A DNA stretch of 64,000 nt from an uncultured bacterium. GTDB lineage: Bacteria; Edwardsbacteria; AC1; EtOH8. The notes below the pieces were generated by a model that worked only from the letters and a program-made list of their open reading frames with translations, searched no databases and was not told the origin of the DNA. The position numbers and the translations under genes were made by a program. Numbering within the stretch: position 1 is the first letter of the stretch; the number at the start of each line of letters is the position of its first letter. The stretch spans positions 11,667 to 75,666 of the forward strand of contig CAZFJC010000012.1 in NCBI GenBank assembly GCA_964518765.1, given 5' to 3'. Below are positions 55,823 through 64,000 of the stretch, one piece after another.

Positions 55823-57127
55823 TCAGAACTTGAACTTGACCGCCAGCCGAGGGGAGAACTTCTCCACCGCCTTGTAGTAAGGCTCGATCAGATTGCCAGC
55901 CTGGTCCCTGTCCTGGGTGCGGCGCTCATAGGTTCTAAGGTAGCTCAGGTAGAGCATGACGTGCGAATATACCTCGTACCCTCCCTCGACGGTGACCAGG
56001 AAGTTCTCGTCCTGCTTGCCCATGTCGCCGAACTCGCCGATGCCCTTGTGGTCGTAGGCCGCGGCCAGCTCCACCTTGGGGATCAGGTCGGGCAGCTTGG
56101 TGCCCAGGTGGAGGACGCCGCTCTTGGGCACCTGGTAGGTGTACTGATAGGAGCCCAGGATGTCCATCTTGCCAACCAAGGTGGCCGCCAGCTCTCCGTA
56201 GGTGCCGTTGTTGGCGGTGCTGTCCAGGCCCACCAGATATTTTTTACGGACGGGAAATGGCCCGGGAAGATAGCGCTCGACCTCGTAGAACCGGTCGAAG
56301 TACTGGGCCGCGAAGCGCTTGCCCAGGAAGCGCTGCTCCAGCTTGGCGGACAAGGTCAGCAGGTTGCCGGGAAAGCGGAGGTCGGCCCCCACCCCCACCA
56401 CGTTGCCGTGGCCTAGTTCCTTGATCTTCCCAAAGTCGTAGTAGAGGCCGGTGTACAGCAGGCTGGTGTTAATCAGCGGCAGGCCCAAGTCGAAACCGTA
56501 GGCGGTGACCCCGTCTTCGGTGTCCCGGCTCTGGTCCGGATCAACGTCCCCGGCCACCGTGGCCCCCAGCTCGAATCCCTTGATTATCGGAAGGCCGGTT
56601 CCCCTGAGCGGGCGGACGTATCCCCGGCCCCCGTAGATCTCGGAGCGGCCGAAGTTGGAGACCACCGTCTCCAGCCCCAGCAGGCCGAAGTCCATATCCA
56701 GCTCCATGCCCAGCTTGCGGTCGGCGTCATTGGCCGCCTGGTTGGCGTAGCGGTACATGATGAAGCCGTGACCCAGGGTGGCCGCGTCCAGGGCTCCCAC
56801 CCTGGCGTAGAATCGGTCGCGCTTCTGTCCCCAGCGCAGATAGCGGATCACCCGTACCCAGCGGCTCCTGGGGTTCCAGTCCTCCTTACGGATCCCGTCC
56901 TGGTTAAACAGTATGTCACCGTCCAGGCCGAGGCCGAACTTGTAGATCGAGATCTCCGGTATCAGCTGAACCCGGTAGTAGAGCTTGCCGTCCACGGTGG
57001 TGATACCCAGACCACCCATCATCTGAGCCCCAAAGGCTTGGACCACCGAAGCCGAATCCTGGGCGGCGGCCTTCGCCGGCAATAGGACAGCGGCTGCCAG
57101 CGCCATCAGAATGGAGAACCTTTTCAT
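55823..57127 (-). CDS. Outer-membrane beta-barrel protein, hypothetical
   Basis: 434 aa. Signal peptide MKRFSILMALAAAVLLPAKAAAQ. Tyr/Gly-rich alternating strands. C-terminal ..LAVKFKF ends in Phe. Confidence 0.55.
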   Translation of the reverse strand: MKRFSILMALAAAVLLPAKAAAQDSASVVQAFGAQMMGGLGITTVDGKLYYRVQLIPEISIYKFGLGLDGDILFNQDGIRKEDWNPRSRWVRVIRYLRWGQKRDRFYARVGALDAATLGHGFIMYRYANQAANDADRKLGMELDMDFGLLGLETVVSNFGRSEIYGGRGYVRPLRGTGLPIIKGFELGATVAGDVDPDQSRDTEDGVTAYGFDLGLPLINTSLLYTGLYYDFGKIKELGHGNVVGVGADLRFPGNLLTLSAKLEQRFLGKRFAAQYFDRFYEVERYLPGPFPVRKKYLVGLDSTANNGTYGELAATLVGKMDILGSYQYTYQVPKSGVLHLGTKLPDLIPKVELAAAYDHKGIGEFGDMGKQDENFLVTVEGGYEVYSHVMLYLSYLRTYERRTQDRDQAGNLIEPYYKAVEKFSPRLAVKFKF

Positions 57128-57183
57128 TCTGCCTCCTATTGTATGTTCTTGCCTTTTATTATACTATCAGGGGTGGAAGCTGT

Positions 57184-57212
57184 CAATCGAAAAAACCAGG
57201 CAAAGCCTGGTT
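57184..57212 (-). terminator. Rho-independent terminator (bidirectional-looking) between the OMP gene and the V4R operon
   Basis: aaaaaaCCAGGCaaaGCCTGGtttt. Confidence 0.5.
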
Positions 57213-57213
57213 T

Positions 57214-57486
57214 TCATCCCCCCACATCCCCGGCCCGGGAGATCATCTGTCGGATAACCCCGGTGACAAACTTGGCCTTCCAATCCTCGGTGAAGCACGA
57301 CAGCTCCTCCCGCATGCAATTCAGGAATTCCCCGGCGTTGTTCACGTCTAGCTGCTCCAGAGGGATGCCGCTGCGCGCGGAGATGCGCTGGATGCAATCC
57401 TCGGGCGCGTCCGGCACGTAGCGCCGGAAGATGTCGCGGACGATGTCCGGGATCCTTTCCCTGATGTCGCCTTGGGACAAAATCAT
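57214..57486 (-). CDS. Small hypothetical protein co-transcribed with the V4R-domain protein
   Basis: 90 aa from MILSQGDIRERIPDIV... The start abuts the upstream stop. The track ORF's 46-aa N-terminal extension overlaps the upstream gene and is rejected. Confidence 0.4.
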   Translation of the reverse strand: MILSQGDIRERIPDIVRDIFRRYVPDAPEDCIQRISARSGIPLEQLDVNNAGEFLNCMREELSCFTEDWKAKFVTGVIRQMISRAGDVGG

Positions 57487-58127
57487 TTCCCGCCTGACAG
57501 GTACTGTTTGACCCTCTCCTCCAGCCTCCGGGACGGCGCCATTACGAAGCGACATTGGGGATCGCCCCTGGCGATACACCTGACCTCCCGGGCGTCCAGA
57601 TCCAACCCGAAGCTGTAGGAGCACCAGCCGGCCGAATATCCGGCCGAGAACAGGCAGGCCGGCTTCGGGCTTTTAGCACCCCTGGCCATATAGCCGGCGG
57701 ACTCGAAAGTGTTGGGATGGTCGTAGACCAGCAGGTAGTTCTGGTCCGGACTGGGGCGGCTCTCGGGCAGGATGTCTACGAAGGCCCAGCCGGTGTGCGA
57801 GAAGTGGACCGGTCCGGCCGACAGCTTGTGGATGGGGTCGGACAGCCCCAGCTTCTCGGCGAACCTTGCGGCATCCCCGTGTCCCACGGTCTTGGCCAGG
57901 ATGTAGAGAAAGGACTCGGCCACGTCCTCCCCGAAATCGGCCGTCATCTTCTCTCTCAGCACCGAAAAGATGGACTCGCCTCGAACCAGGATGTAGCGGT
58001 CGCCGGCGATGTTGATGATGCCCCGGGATGGGTCCCGCTCCATGCTTTCGAAGAAACGTCCTACCATCCTTTCGGCCTCGGCGAAGATCGGCTCGAACTG
58101 CGGCGGAACTTTGACGGTTGTGACCAT
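57483..58127 (-). CDS. XylR-N-like + V4R (4-vinyl reductase) domain protein (small-molecule-binding)
   Basis: 214 aa. C-terminal V4R-like Cys pattern ACLFSAGYSAGWCSYSFGLDLDAREVRCIARGDPQCRFVM. Confidence 0.55.
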   Translation of the reverse strand: MVTTVKVPPQFEPIFAEAERMVGRFFESMERDPSRGIINIAGDRYILVRGESIFSVLREKMTADFGEDVAESFLYILAKTVGHGDAARFAEKLGLSDPIHKLSAGPVHFSHTGWAFVDILPESRPSPDQNYLLVYDHPNTFESAGYMARGAKSPKPACLFSAGYSAGWCSYSFGLDLDAREVRCIARGDPQCRFVMAPSRRLEERVKQYLSGGK

Positions 58128-58290
58128 GGATTCTTCTCCCTATTGTTGTTTCGCCCGGCGCCCCGCGCTCAAAAACTAGCAGGTGCCCCCGGGCGATCTG
58201 GTACCGGGAGCACCTGCTCAGGCCTCGTCACTTGTTACCTTTAATGCACGGCAGAGAACGCATGTTCCTGCCCTTCCCATAATTATTCAA

Positions 58291-58356
58291 TGGTGCCACG
58301 GGACAGAGTCGAACTGCCGACGCCCCCGATTTCATCGGGGCGCTCTACCACCTAAG
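58291..58356 (-). pseudogene. Partial tRNA-Phe(GAA) copy (anticodon arm + T arm + acceptor 3' strand + CCA; 5' acceptor and D stem lost)
   Basis: Reverse complement ..GGTGGTAGAGCG CCCCG ATGAAAT CGGGG GCGTCGGCAGTTCGACTCTGTCCCGTGGCACCA. The last 33 nt are identical to the full tRNA-Phe 300 bp away. The anticodon stem differs by compensatory changes (AGGGA/TCCCT -> CCCCG/CGGGG). Confidence 0.5.
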
Positions 58357-58631
58357 AATCGATCCACTATTTCCTGTAATGCCGAATGGCTTTTGAGCGA
58401 TTTGAGATATCGCTCGCGTGCTTGTGCCAGCTCTTTGGTGTCGAATCTCTCGGAATGGGCCAGGATCAATGGCCTCCGGTTTTTGGTGGAATCAACAGCT
58501 CCCGCATTGTGCCTTCTTATCCGTGCCTCGAGATCGCCGGTGCTTCCGATGTAGAACCTGCCGTCCTTCAGGCTTTTCAACACGTAGGTGAAATACGGCA
58601 ATGTCGTGGAAGCAAAATTCAATGGTGCCAC
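58332..58631 (-). CDS. GIY-YIG nuclease-family small protein
   Basis: LPYFTYVLKSLKDGRFYIGSTGDLEARIRRHNAG has the GIY...YIG spacing plus conserved Arg/His/Asn. The track start is a GTG overlapping the tRNA-Phe 3' end; a TTG near 58602 (MPYFTYVL..) may be the real start. Confidence 0.65.
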   Translation of the reverse strand: MAPLNFASTTLPYFTYVLKSLKDGRFYIGSTGDLEARIRRHNAGAVDSTKNRRPLILAHSERFDTKELAQARERYLKSLKSHSALQEIVDRFLGGRAPR

Positions 58632-58698
58632 GGGACAGAGTCGAACTGCCGACGCAGGGATTTTCAGTCCCTCGCTCTACCACCTGAGCTACCGTGGC
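58623..58698 (-). tRNA. tRNA-Phe (anticodon GAA)
   Basis: GCCACGG TA GCTC AGGTGGTA GAGC G AGGGA CTGAAAA TCCCT GCGTC GGCAG TTCGACT CTGTC CCGTGGC A CCA. Perfect cloverleaf, encoded CCA. Confidence 0.85.
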
Positions 58699-58732
58699 AT
58701 AGGCGGATTATATCAAATACCCCGGAGCGCTG

Positions 58733-59338
58733 TCAACTCTTGCCGTTCTTGGCCCCGCTCCTGATCTTCATGATCTCGTCGATAATGCCGTATTCCTTGG
58801 CCTCCTCGGCCGACATCCAGAAGTTGCGGTCGGTGTCGCGGGCGATCTTGTCCACCGGCTGCCCGGTGTGCTCCGAGAGGATAGCGTTCAGCCGCTCCCT
58901 GATGAGCAGGATCTCCCTGGCGTGTATCTCGATATCGGCCGCCTGGCCCGAGACCCCGCCCAGGGGCTGGTGGATCATGATGCGCGAGTTGGGCAGGGCG
59001 TAGCGCTTGCCCCGGGTGCCGCAGGCTAAAAGCAACGCCCCCAGCGAGGCGGCCATCCCCATGCAGATGGTGACCACGCCGGGCCGGATGTACTGGATGG
59101 TGTCGTAGATGGCCAACCCCGAGGTCACCGAGCCGCCCGGGGTGTTGATGTACAGCTGAATGTCCTTCTCCGGGTCGTCGGCCTCCAGGAACAGCAGCTG
59201 GGCGATGATCAGGTTGGCGATGTTGTCGTCCACCGGCGAGCCGATGAAGATGATGCGCTCCTTGAGCAGTCGGGAGTAGATGTCGTAGGCCCGCTCCCCC
59301 CGGCCGCTCTGCTCGATGACGAATGGTATCAGGCTCAT
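58733..59338 (-). CDS. clpP: ATP-dependent Clp protease proteolytic subunit
   Basis: 201 aa from [10 protein letters not shown]... Catalytic Ser motif [11 protein letters not shown], His in IMIHQP. The track ORF to 59605 carries a Gly/Pro-rich spurious extension. Confidence 0.9.
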   Translation of the reverse strand: MSLIPFVIEQSGRGERAYDIYSRLLKERIIFIGSPVDDNIANLIIAQLLFLEADDPEKDIQLYINTPGGSVTSGLAIYDTIQYIRPGVVTICMGMAASLGALLLACGTRGKRYALPNSRIMIHQPLGGVSGQAADIEIHAREILLIRERLNAILSEHTGQPVDKIARDTDRNFWMSAEEAKEYGIIDEIMKIRSGAKNGKS

Positions 59339-59355
59339 GGTTCCCTCCGATGCTG

Positions 59356-60660
59356 TCAGTCTATGCTCTCGATCTTGAGCTCCGCCCAGCGGCCCAGCAT
59401 CTCGCTGGCCTTGGCGGTGACGATGCGGTGGCGTATGTCCTCCAGCCTCTCGGGTTGGGCCTCCAGGGCGGACATCAGCTGGGCCGGGTCCACCCGTTGG
59501 CGGCGGGCCAGGTCCCTGACGGCCGCCTCCACCTCCTGGGGTTCGGCCTCGATCTTCTCCAGAGCGGCCAGGTGGGATAGGAACAGGTCCTGCTTGATCC
59601 GCCATTCGGCCACCGGCCGCAGCTCCCTGGACATCTTCTCCTCATCCAGGGCGCACTGGTCGCAGGTGGCCCCGTCGCCGTGCCGGTGCGACAGCTGGTG
59701 GCGCTCCCGGGCCTGGCCGATCATCCTCTCCAGGTTTTCCTTGACCAACGATTCCGGAAGCTCCATGGGATTTTCGGTAATGATGGTGTTCATCACCTGA
59801 AGGTTCACCTGCTCCATGGCTTCGGACTCGGCCCTAGCCTCCAGGCCGGCCCGGATCTTGTCGCCAAGCTCGGCCAGTGTCTGGTACTCGCTGACCTTCC
59901 TGGCGAACTCGTCGTCCAAAGGAGGCAGCCTCCGCTCCTGGACGTCCTTCACGACGACCCTGAAGCCTATCTTCCGGCCGGCCGCCTCCGGTGATGGATG
60001 GTCGTCCGGATACTGGACCGTTATCTCCTTCTGGTCCCCCGGCCTAACCCCCACCAGGTCCCGGTTGAACTCGGCCAGGACCTGGGGCGCGCCCAGGTCC
60101 ACGGCATAATCCTGTCCCCGGAACTTCTGGGCCCCGGGAAACTCGGTCAGAGGGCTGTAGTCTATAATCACCCGGTCGCCCTCGGCCGAGGGGCGGCCGG
60201 CCGGGAAGAACTCGGCATACAGGCTCCGGAGAAAGTCTACCTCCCGATCGACGTCGGCCTGGGTCACCCGGCAAAGCCTCTTGACCGCCGGGATGCCTTT
60301 GTAGCGTTTGATCTCGACCTTGGGCAACACCTCGAAGGTGGCCTTGAACCTGAGGATCTGGTCCGAGGACAGCTCCAGGTCCGAAATCTGTGCCCGGTTC
60401 ACCGGCACCAGCCGATGCTCGTCCAGAGCCCTCGCAAAGCTCTCCGGCACCAGCTTTTCGACGGCCTCGGCCTCGATGCCCTTGCCGAAGCGGGCCTCCA
60501 GGATGGCCCGGGGCACCTTGCCCGGCCGAAACCCCGGTATCTTGGCCTTGAGCCCGTACTCTCGGTACAGCTCCTCCATGGCCTCCCGCACCTGGTCGCT
60601 GGGGACCTCGACCTCGAAGACCCTCTGGCAGGCCTTGGGCGCCTTCAGTTCCGTCTTCAC
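59356..60660 (-). CDS. tig: Trigger factor
   Basis: 434 aa. N-terminal ribosome-binding domain (GFRPGKVPR signature), FKBP-like middle domain, C-terminal domain. Lies upstream of clpP as in the canonical tig-clpP arrangement. Confidence 0.9.
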   Translation of the reverse strand: MKTELKAPKACQRVFEVEVPSDQVREAMEELYREYGLKAKIPGFRPGKVPRAILEARFGKGIEAEAVEKLVPESFARALDEHRLVPVNRAQISDLELSSDQILRFKATFEVLPKVEIKRYKGIPAVKRLCRVTQADVDREVDFLRSLYAEFFPAGRPSAEGDRVIIDYSPLTEFPGAQKFRGQDYAVDLGAPQVLAEFNRDLVGVRPGDQKEITVQYPDDHPSPEAAGRKIGFRVVVKDVQERRLPPLDDEFARKVSEYQTLAELGDKIRAGLEARAESEAMEQVNLQVMNTIITENPMELPESLVKENLERMIGQARERHQLSHRHGDGATCDQCALDEEKMSRELRPVAEWRIKQDLFLSHLAALEKIEAEPQEVEAAVRDLARRQRVDPAQLMSALEAQPERLEDIRHRIVTAKASEMLGRWAELKIESID

Positions 60661-60716
60661 CCCGCTCCTGTTATTACTATTTTAATATGGCATAATAAAA
60701 CATCGCGGGCCGCGGT

Positions 60717-60801
60717 TGGTGCGAGAGGGGGGAGTTGAACCCCCACGCCTTGCGGCACCAGATCCTAAGTCTGGCGCGTCTGCCAGTTCCGCCACCCTCG
60801 C
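60717..60801 (-). tRNA. tRNA-Leu (anticodon TAG), type II with long variable arm
   Basis: GCGAGGG TG GCG GAACTGGCAGA CGC G CCAGA CTTAGGA TCTGG TGCCGCAAGGCGT GGGGG TTCAACT CCCCC CTCTCGC A CCA (one G-U pair in the acceptor stem). Confidence 0.8.
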
Positions 60802-60858
60802 CAGCCGGGCCCTGACGTCGGCTCACTGGTTTAATTATATCAAATGCCGTCCTGAGCG

Positions 60859-62289
60859 TCAAGGCTGAGGGCGGCTGAGCAGGCGGGCGGCCTCATCCAG
60901 AAGCTTCTCCCGAGTGTTGCGCCTGGGATCGTCCAACACCTGTTCCAAAAGCTGCTCCAATAACCAGCCGATCTCCGGGCCGGAAGGCAGCCTGAACTCG
61001 GCCATCAGGTCCCGGCCGTCCACCGCTAGGTCACGCAGGGTGAAGGGGGGATGGTGATGGATCTCCTCGGTGACCGCCTGCTCCAAATGCTCCAGGGCCG
61101 GGTCCCCCGCCTCCTGGTCGCGGCCCTGGGCTCTGATGTCGGCCCGCCTCAGTTCGATGAGATCATATATCCGTTCCACCCCCACCTTGGAGATCAGGCG
61201 TCTTAGTCCCCGCTCCGTCTCCGGAATGGCGAACATGTGGCGCCGCACCAACAGGCAGACCTCATCGGTCAGATCTCGGGGGTACCTCAGCCTCTCCAGC
61301 ACCGACCGGGCTGCCTGCTCCCCCACCCTCTCGTGGCCGTAGAAGGTGGCCGCCCCGCCCGCCATCTGGCGGCATCTCGGTTTGGAAACGTCGTGCAACA
61401 GGGCTGCCAAACGCAGGGCCAAGCACTGGGGGTGCGTCCTGGGAATAAAGTCGACGGCCCTGATGGAATGCTCGAAGACGGAGTAGCGGTGGAAGCCGCC
61501 CGGCTGGGAGCAGCCCACCCCCTCCTCCAGCTCCGGCAGAAGAAGCTTCAAAAGCCCGCTCCTCTGCATCAGCCACAGGCCCACCGATGGCCGCTCGGCC
61601 TTGAGCAGCATCTTATCCAGTTCCATCCGCACCCTCTCCGGGCTGACGGCGGATATCAGGCCGGCATGCCTGCTGATGGCCTGGTAGGTTCCTTCCTCCA
61701 GGGCGTACTCGAAGCGGGCGGCGAACTGGCAGGCCCGCAGCATCCGCAGCGGATCCTCCTCGAAGGCCTTCGGGCCCACCATCCGTACCAGCCGGGCGCG
61801 GATGTCGGCCATCCCGCCATGGGGATCTATGATGTCCAACAGTTTCTCGTGGGCATAGAGCGGCCGGGCCATGGCGTTGACGGTGAAGTCGCGCCGCCCC
61901 AGGTCCTGCTCTATCGGCAGCTCGGGATCGTAGTCTATCTCGAAATCCCGGTGGCCGATGCCGGTGCTGCGCTCCCGTCGCGGCAGGGCCAGGTCCACCA
62001 GCCTCGCCTGGCGATCCGAAACCTCCACCCGGAATTTGACCACCCCGAAGCTTTTTCCCACCAACTCGGTGCGGCCAAAAATGGAGAGGATGTCTATCAG
62101 TTCCTCCATGGGCATGCCGGTGGCCAGGTAGTCGGTCTCCTCGGGTGTGTAAGACCAGAACCGGCCGGGATCCAGCCGGCCGGTATGCGGGTCCATCCCG
62201 TAGCGGATGCGGTCGCGGACCGCTCCCCCCACCTCGTAAAGCTGTCCTCTGGCGTTGATGGCCTCTATGACCTTGCCCGGTAGCTGCAT
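60859..62289 (-). CDS. cca: CCA-adding tRNA nucleotidyltransferase (Pol-beta head + HD domain)
   Basis: 476 aa. VGGAVRD..GKSFGV.. RRDFTVNAM head-domain motifs. HD motif LAALLHDVSKP. Confidence 0.85.
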   Translation of the reverse strand: MQLPGKVIEAINARGQLYEVGGAVRDRIRYGMDPHTGRLDPGRFWSYTPEETDYLATGMPMEELIDILSIFGRTELVGKSFGVVKFRVEVSDRQARLVDLALPRRERSTGIGHRDFEIDYDPELPIEQDLGRRDFTVNAMARPLYAHEKLLDIIDPHGGMADIRARLVRMVGPKAFEEDPLRMLRACQFAARFEYALEEGTYQAISRHAGLISAVSPERVRMELDKMLLKAERPSVGLWLMQRSGLLKLLLPELEEGVGCSQPGGFHRYSVFEHSIRAVDFIPRTHPQCLALRLAALLHDVSKPRCRQMAGGAATFYGHERVGEQAARSVLERLRYPRDLTDEVCLLVRRHMFAIPETERGLRRLISKVGVERIYDLIELRRADIRAQGRDQEAGDPALEHLEQAVTEEIHHHPPFTLRDLAVDGRDLMAEFRLPSGPEIGWLLEQLLEQVLDDPRRNTREKLLDEAARLLSRPQP

Positions 62290-62313
62290 CTTTCGGTTCT
62301 TAAGCGCCTGAAA

Positions 62314-64000
62314 TTAAAAGGTGATCTGCCGGCACTTGGCCGCTTTATGGTCCAACCCCAGCTCCTGGTAGATGGCCAATGCCCTCTCCTTGAGCTTTTC
62401 GGCCAGGCCGTCCCTATCCCGGCCCGATTCCTTGAGCATGCCGGCATAGGACAGGCAGATGTCGGCCTCCATTCTCCTCTGCCCCGATTTCTCGAACACC
62501 CCCAGGGCCTTCAAGTAGTGCTCCTCCGACGACTGATAGTCCCCCTCGATAGATCTAAGGCTGGCGAAGGTCCACTCCACCTGTCCCAGCCTAGATTCGG
62601 AGCCGATCTCCGACGCCAGGCCCCTGGCCTTGTCCGCCAGCCCGAAGGCCTCGGCCAGACACCCTTTTTCCTCCCCCTTCAGGTCCGCCCAGCCGATGTA
62701 AAGCTCGCAAAGGGAGGCCCGGTCGCCTATCTCGACGAACAGCGGCTCTATCTCCTTGAAGATCTCCTCCGCCCTACGCCTCTCTCCCATCAAATGATGG
62801 ACGTTCGCCAGGTTCAGCCCGGCGATGGCCACCCCCTGCTTGTTTCCTATCTCCCGGGCCGTGTCCCGGTAGTTGGTGAAGAGGTCTATGGCTTTGGCAT
62901 AATCGCCGCGGGATTTGTAGACCAGGCCCAGGTTGCCGAAGTTCTGGGCCACCGCCATTCTGTCCCCCATCTCCTGGTTGATCTCCAGGGCCTTTTGGTG
63001 GAGATCGAGGGCTTTATCGTACTCCCCCAAATCCTGATAGACGATGGCCATGTTGCCGTAGGCCGTCCCCAGCGCATTTTTATCCCCTATTCTTTGGCCC
63101 AACTCCAGGAACGCTCCGTAGTATTCCAACGCCTTGGCCAGGTCCCCCTTGTCGTAATACATGATGCCCAGATTGCAGGTCGCCGCCACCAGGGACGGCA
63201 TCAATCCGTTCTGGCGGCATATGTCGGCGCAGGCCTTGAACAACCTGATGGCCCGATCGAACTCCCCCTGGGTGTAGTAGACGCCGCCCAGGCTGTTCAA
63301 AAGCTGCGCCTTGGTCTTCGCCAGGCTTTTCCGTTCATCATCCGAAGTCGCCGCCAGGTCGGCCTCGAGTATCCTCAGGGCGGTCTCGCCCTGGCGCACC
63401 GCCTCCCCTATCTCCCCCTGCTTTCGTAATATCCAGCACCTCAGGATGTGGATCTCGGCCTGTTCCTGCAGCTCGGACGGCCTCTTGGCTGCCAGGTCCG
63501 ACTCCGACGCCTTCAATATATCCATGGCCTCGTCGAACCTTCCCTGACGCTGGGCGATGTCGGCCTGCATCCTCCTGGCCCTGGCCTTGAGCGCCTTGTC
63601 CTCTCCGGCGTGCTGTTCCATCCTGCGGAACCATGAGTTGGCCACCTCGAAGTCCGAGGCCAGGACATAGAGCTCGCCGAGGTTGCCGCAGTTCTCGCAA
63701 AGGTTTCTTTCGCGCTCCGGCAGCCGCTCGAGGATGTCGGCCAGCTTTTCGCAGAAGGCGATGGCCTCCTGGTTGGCGTAGCGATCCCTGGCCTTGCGTC
63801 CGGCCCGGCCCAGCCATTCGATGGCCTTGGCCTCGTCGTCGCTGTTGGCGTAGTGGTGGGCCAGGATCTCGGCGAAATCATCCAGCCTGGAGGCATAGGT
63901 CCGCTCGATGGCCTGTCCCGCCAGCCGGTGCAGCTCCCGGCGCCGCTTTTTGAGCAGGCCCTGGTAGGCCACCTCCTGAGACAACGGGTGGCGGAAGGAG
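62314..64000 (-). CDS. TPR-repeat protein, C-terminal part of a larger signal-transduction protein (N-terminus beyond the window end)
   Basis: Continuous minus-strand ORF running off the window. At least ten TPR units (..LGTAYGNMAIVYQDLGEYDKALDLHQKALEI..). The N-proximal segment ..ELHRLAGQAIERTYASRLDDFAEILAHHYANSDD.. resembles the linker of large ATPase/cyclase-TPR regulators. Confidence 0.7.
   Translation of the reverse strand, partial: SFRHPLSQEVAYQGLLKKRRRELHRLAGQAIERTYASRLDDFAEILAHHYANSDDEAKAIEWLGRAGRKARDRYANQEAIAFCEKLADILERLPERERNLCENCGNLGELYVLASDFEVANSWFRRMEQHAGEDKALKARARRMQADIAQRQGRFDEAMDILKASESDLAAKRPSELQEQAEIHILRCWILRKQGEIGEAVRQGETALRILEADLAATSDDERKSLAKTKAQLLNSLGGVYYTQGEFDRAIRLFKACADICRQNGLMPSLVAATCNLGIMYYDKGDLAKALEYYGAFLELGQRIGDKNALGTAYGNMAIVYQDLGEYDKALDLHQKALEINQEMGDRMAVAQNFGNLGLVYKSRGDYAKAIDLFTNYRDTAREIGNKQGVAIAGLNLANVHHLMGERRRAEEIFKEIEPLFVEIGDRASLCELYIGWADLKGEEKGCLAEAFGLADKARGLASEIGSESRLGQVEWTFASLRSIEGDYQSSEEHYLKALGVFEKSGQRRMEADICLSYAGMLKESGRDRDGLAEKLKERALAIYQELGLDHKAAKCRQITF

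Noticed and set aside
58291-58356. Second functional tRNA-Phe
   Set aside because: Lacks the 5' acceptor strand and D stem (upstream sequence ..ATCGATTCTTAGGTGG.. cannot pair), so it cannot fold into a cloverleaf. Interpreted as an att-type partial duplicate.
59339-59605. Extended ClpP start at 59605
   Set aside because: 89-aa Gly/Pro/Arg-rich extension overlapping the tig C-terminus in another frame. The conserved ClpP N-terminus starts at MSLIPFV (59338).

Overview
High-GC (~65%) bacterial chromosome segment, Gram-negative by gene content (LPS genes kdsA, kdsD/kpsF, lpxL-family, lptC, lptA-like; beta-barrel outer membrane proteins). It is probably from an uncultivated lineage rich in TPR, PAS and signalling proteins. 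Almost every gene is on the minus strand. The provided six-frame track also accepts GTG/TTG starts, and several listed ORFs carry spurious N-terminal extensions that I trimmed.

Core content:
- A run of three tandem family-5 ABC substrate-binding-protein paralogs.
- dnaE and rlmN.
- A hybrid histidine kinase -> receiver/HD-GYP -> CheX operon.
- A DegT aminotransferase next to a sharply AT-rich, likely horizontally acquired gene.
- A regulatory PTS set (ptsI, ptsH, hprK, hpf, rpoN) with a GH57 glucanotransferase and lipA.
- LPS genes.
- A Ser/Thr kinase - FHA-GGDEF - (phosphoesterase-like/thioredoxin/DsbD-like) fusion operon.
- gap, fba, tig-clpP, the CCA-adding enzyme, and two tRNAs (Phe-GAA, Leu-TAG).

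Most notable observations:
1. A dispersed family of GC-rich nested-hairpin repeats ('gaCCACCCCTCGCTCCCCTCCTTggtaAGGAGGGGAttTAGGGGTGGtc'). They occur in tandem arrays that embed a low-GC DUF559 endonuclease gene. One copy lies in-frame inside a coding sequence, and copies flank a truncated gene remnant. A second DUF559 paralog has a looser GC-rich hairpin of the same style.
2. A pyrophosphate-dependent phosphofructokinase fused to a C-terminal cyclic-nucleotide-binding domain. That domain is a close paralog of a cNMP domain in the adjacent membrane protein.
3. An eRF1/Pelota-superfamily protein with no GGQ motif and a zinc-ribbon insert, sitting among glycolytic genes.
4. A GIY-YIG nuclease gene inserted at tRNA-Phe with a duplicated 3' tRNA half.

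No CRISPR array, rRNA or recognisable transposase was found.
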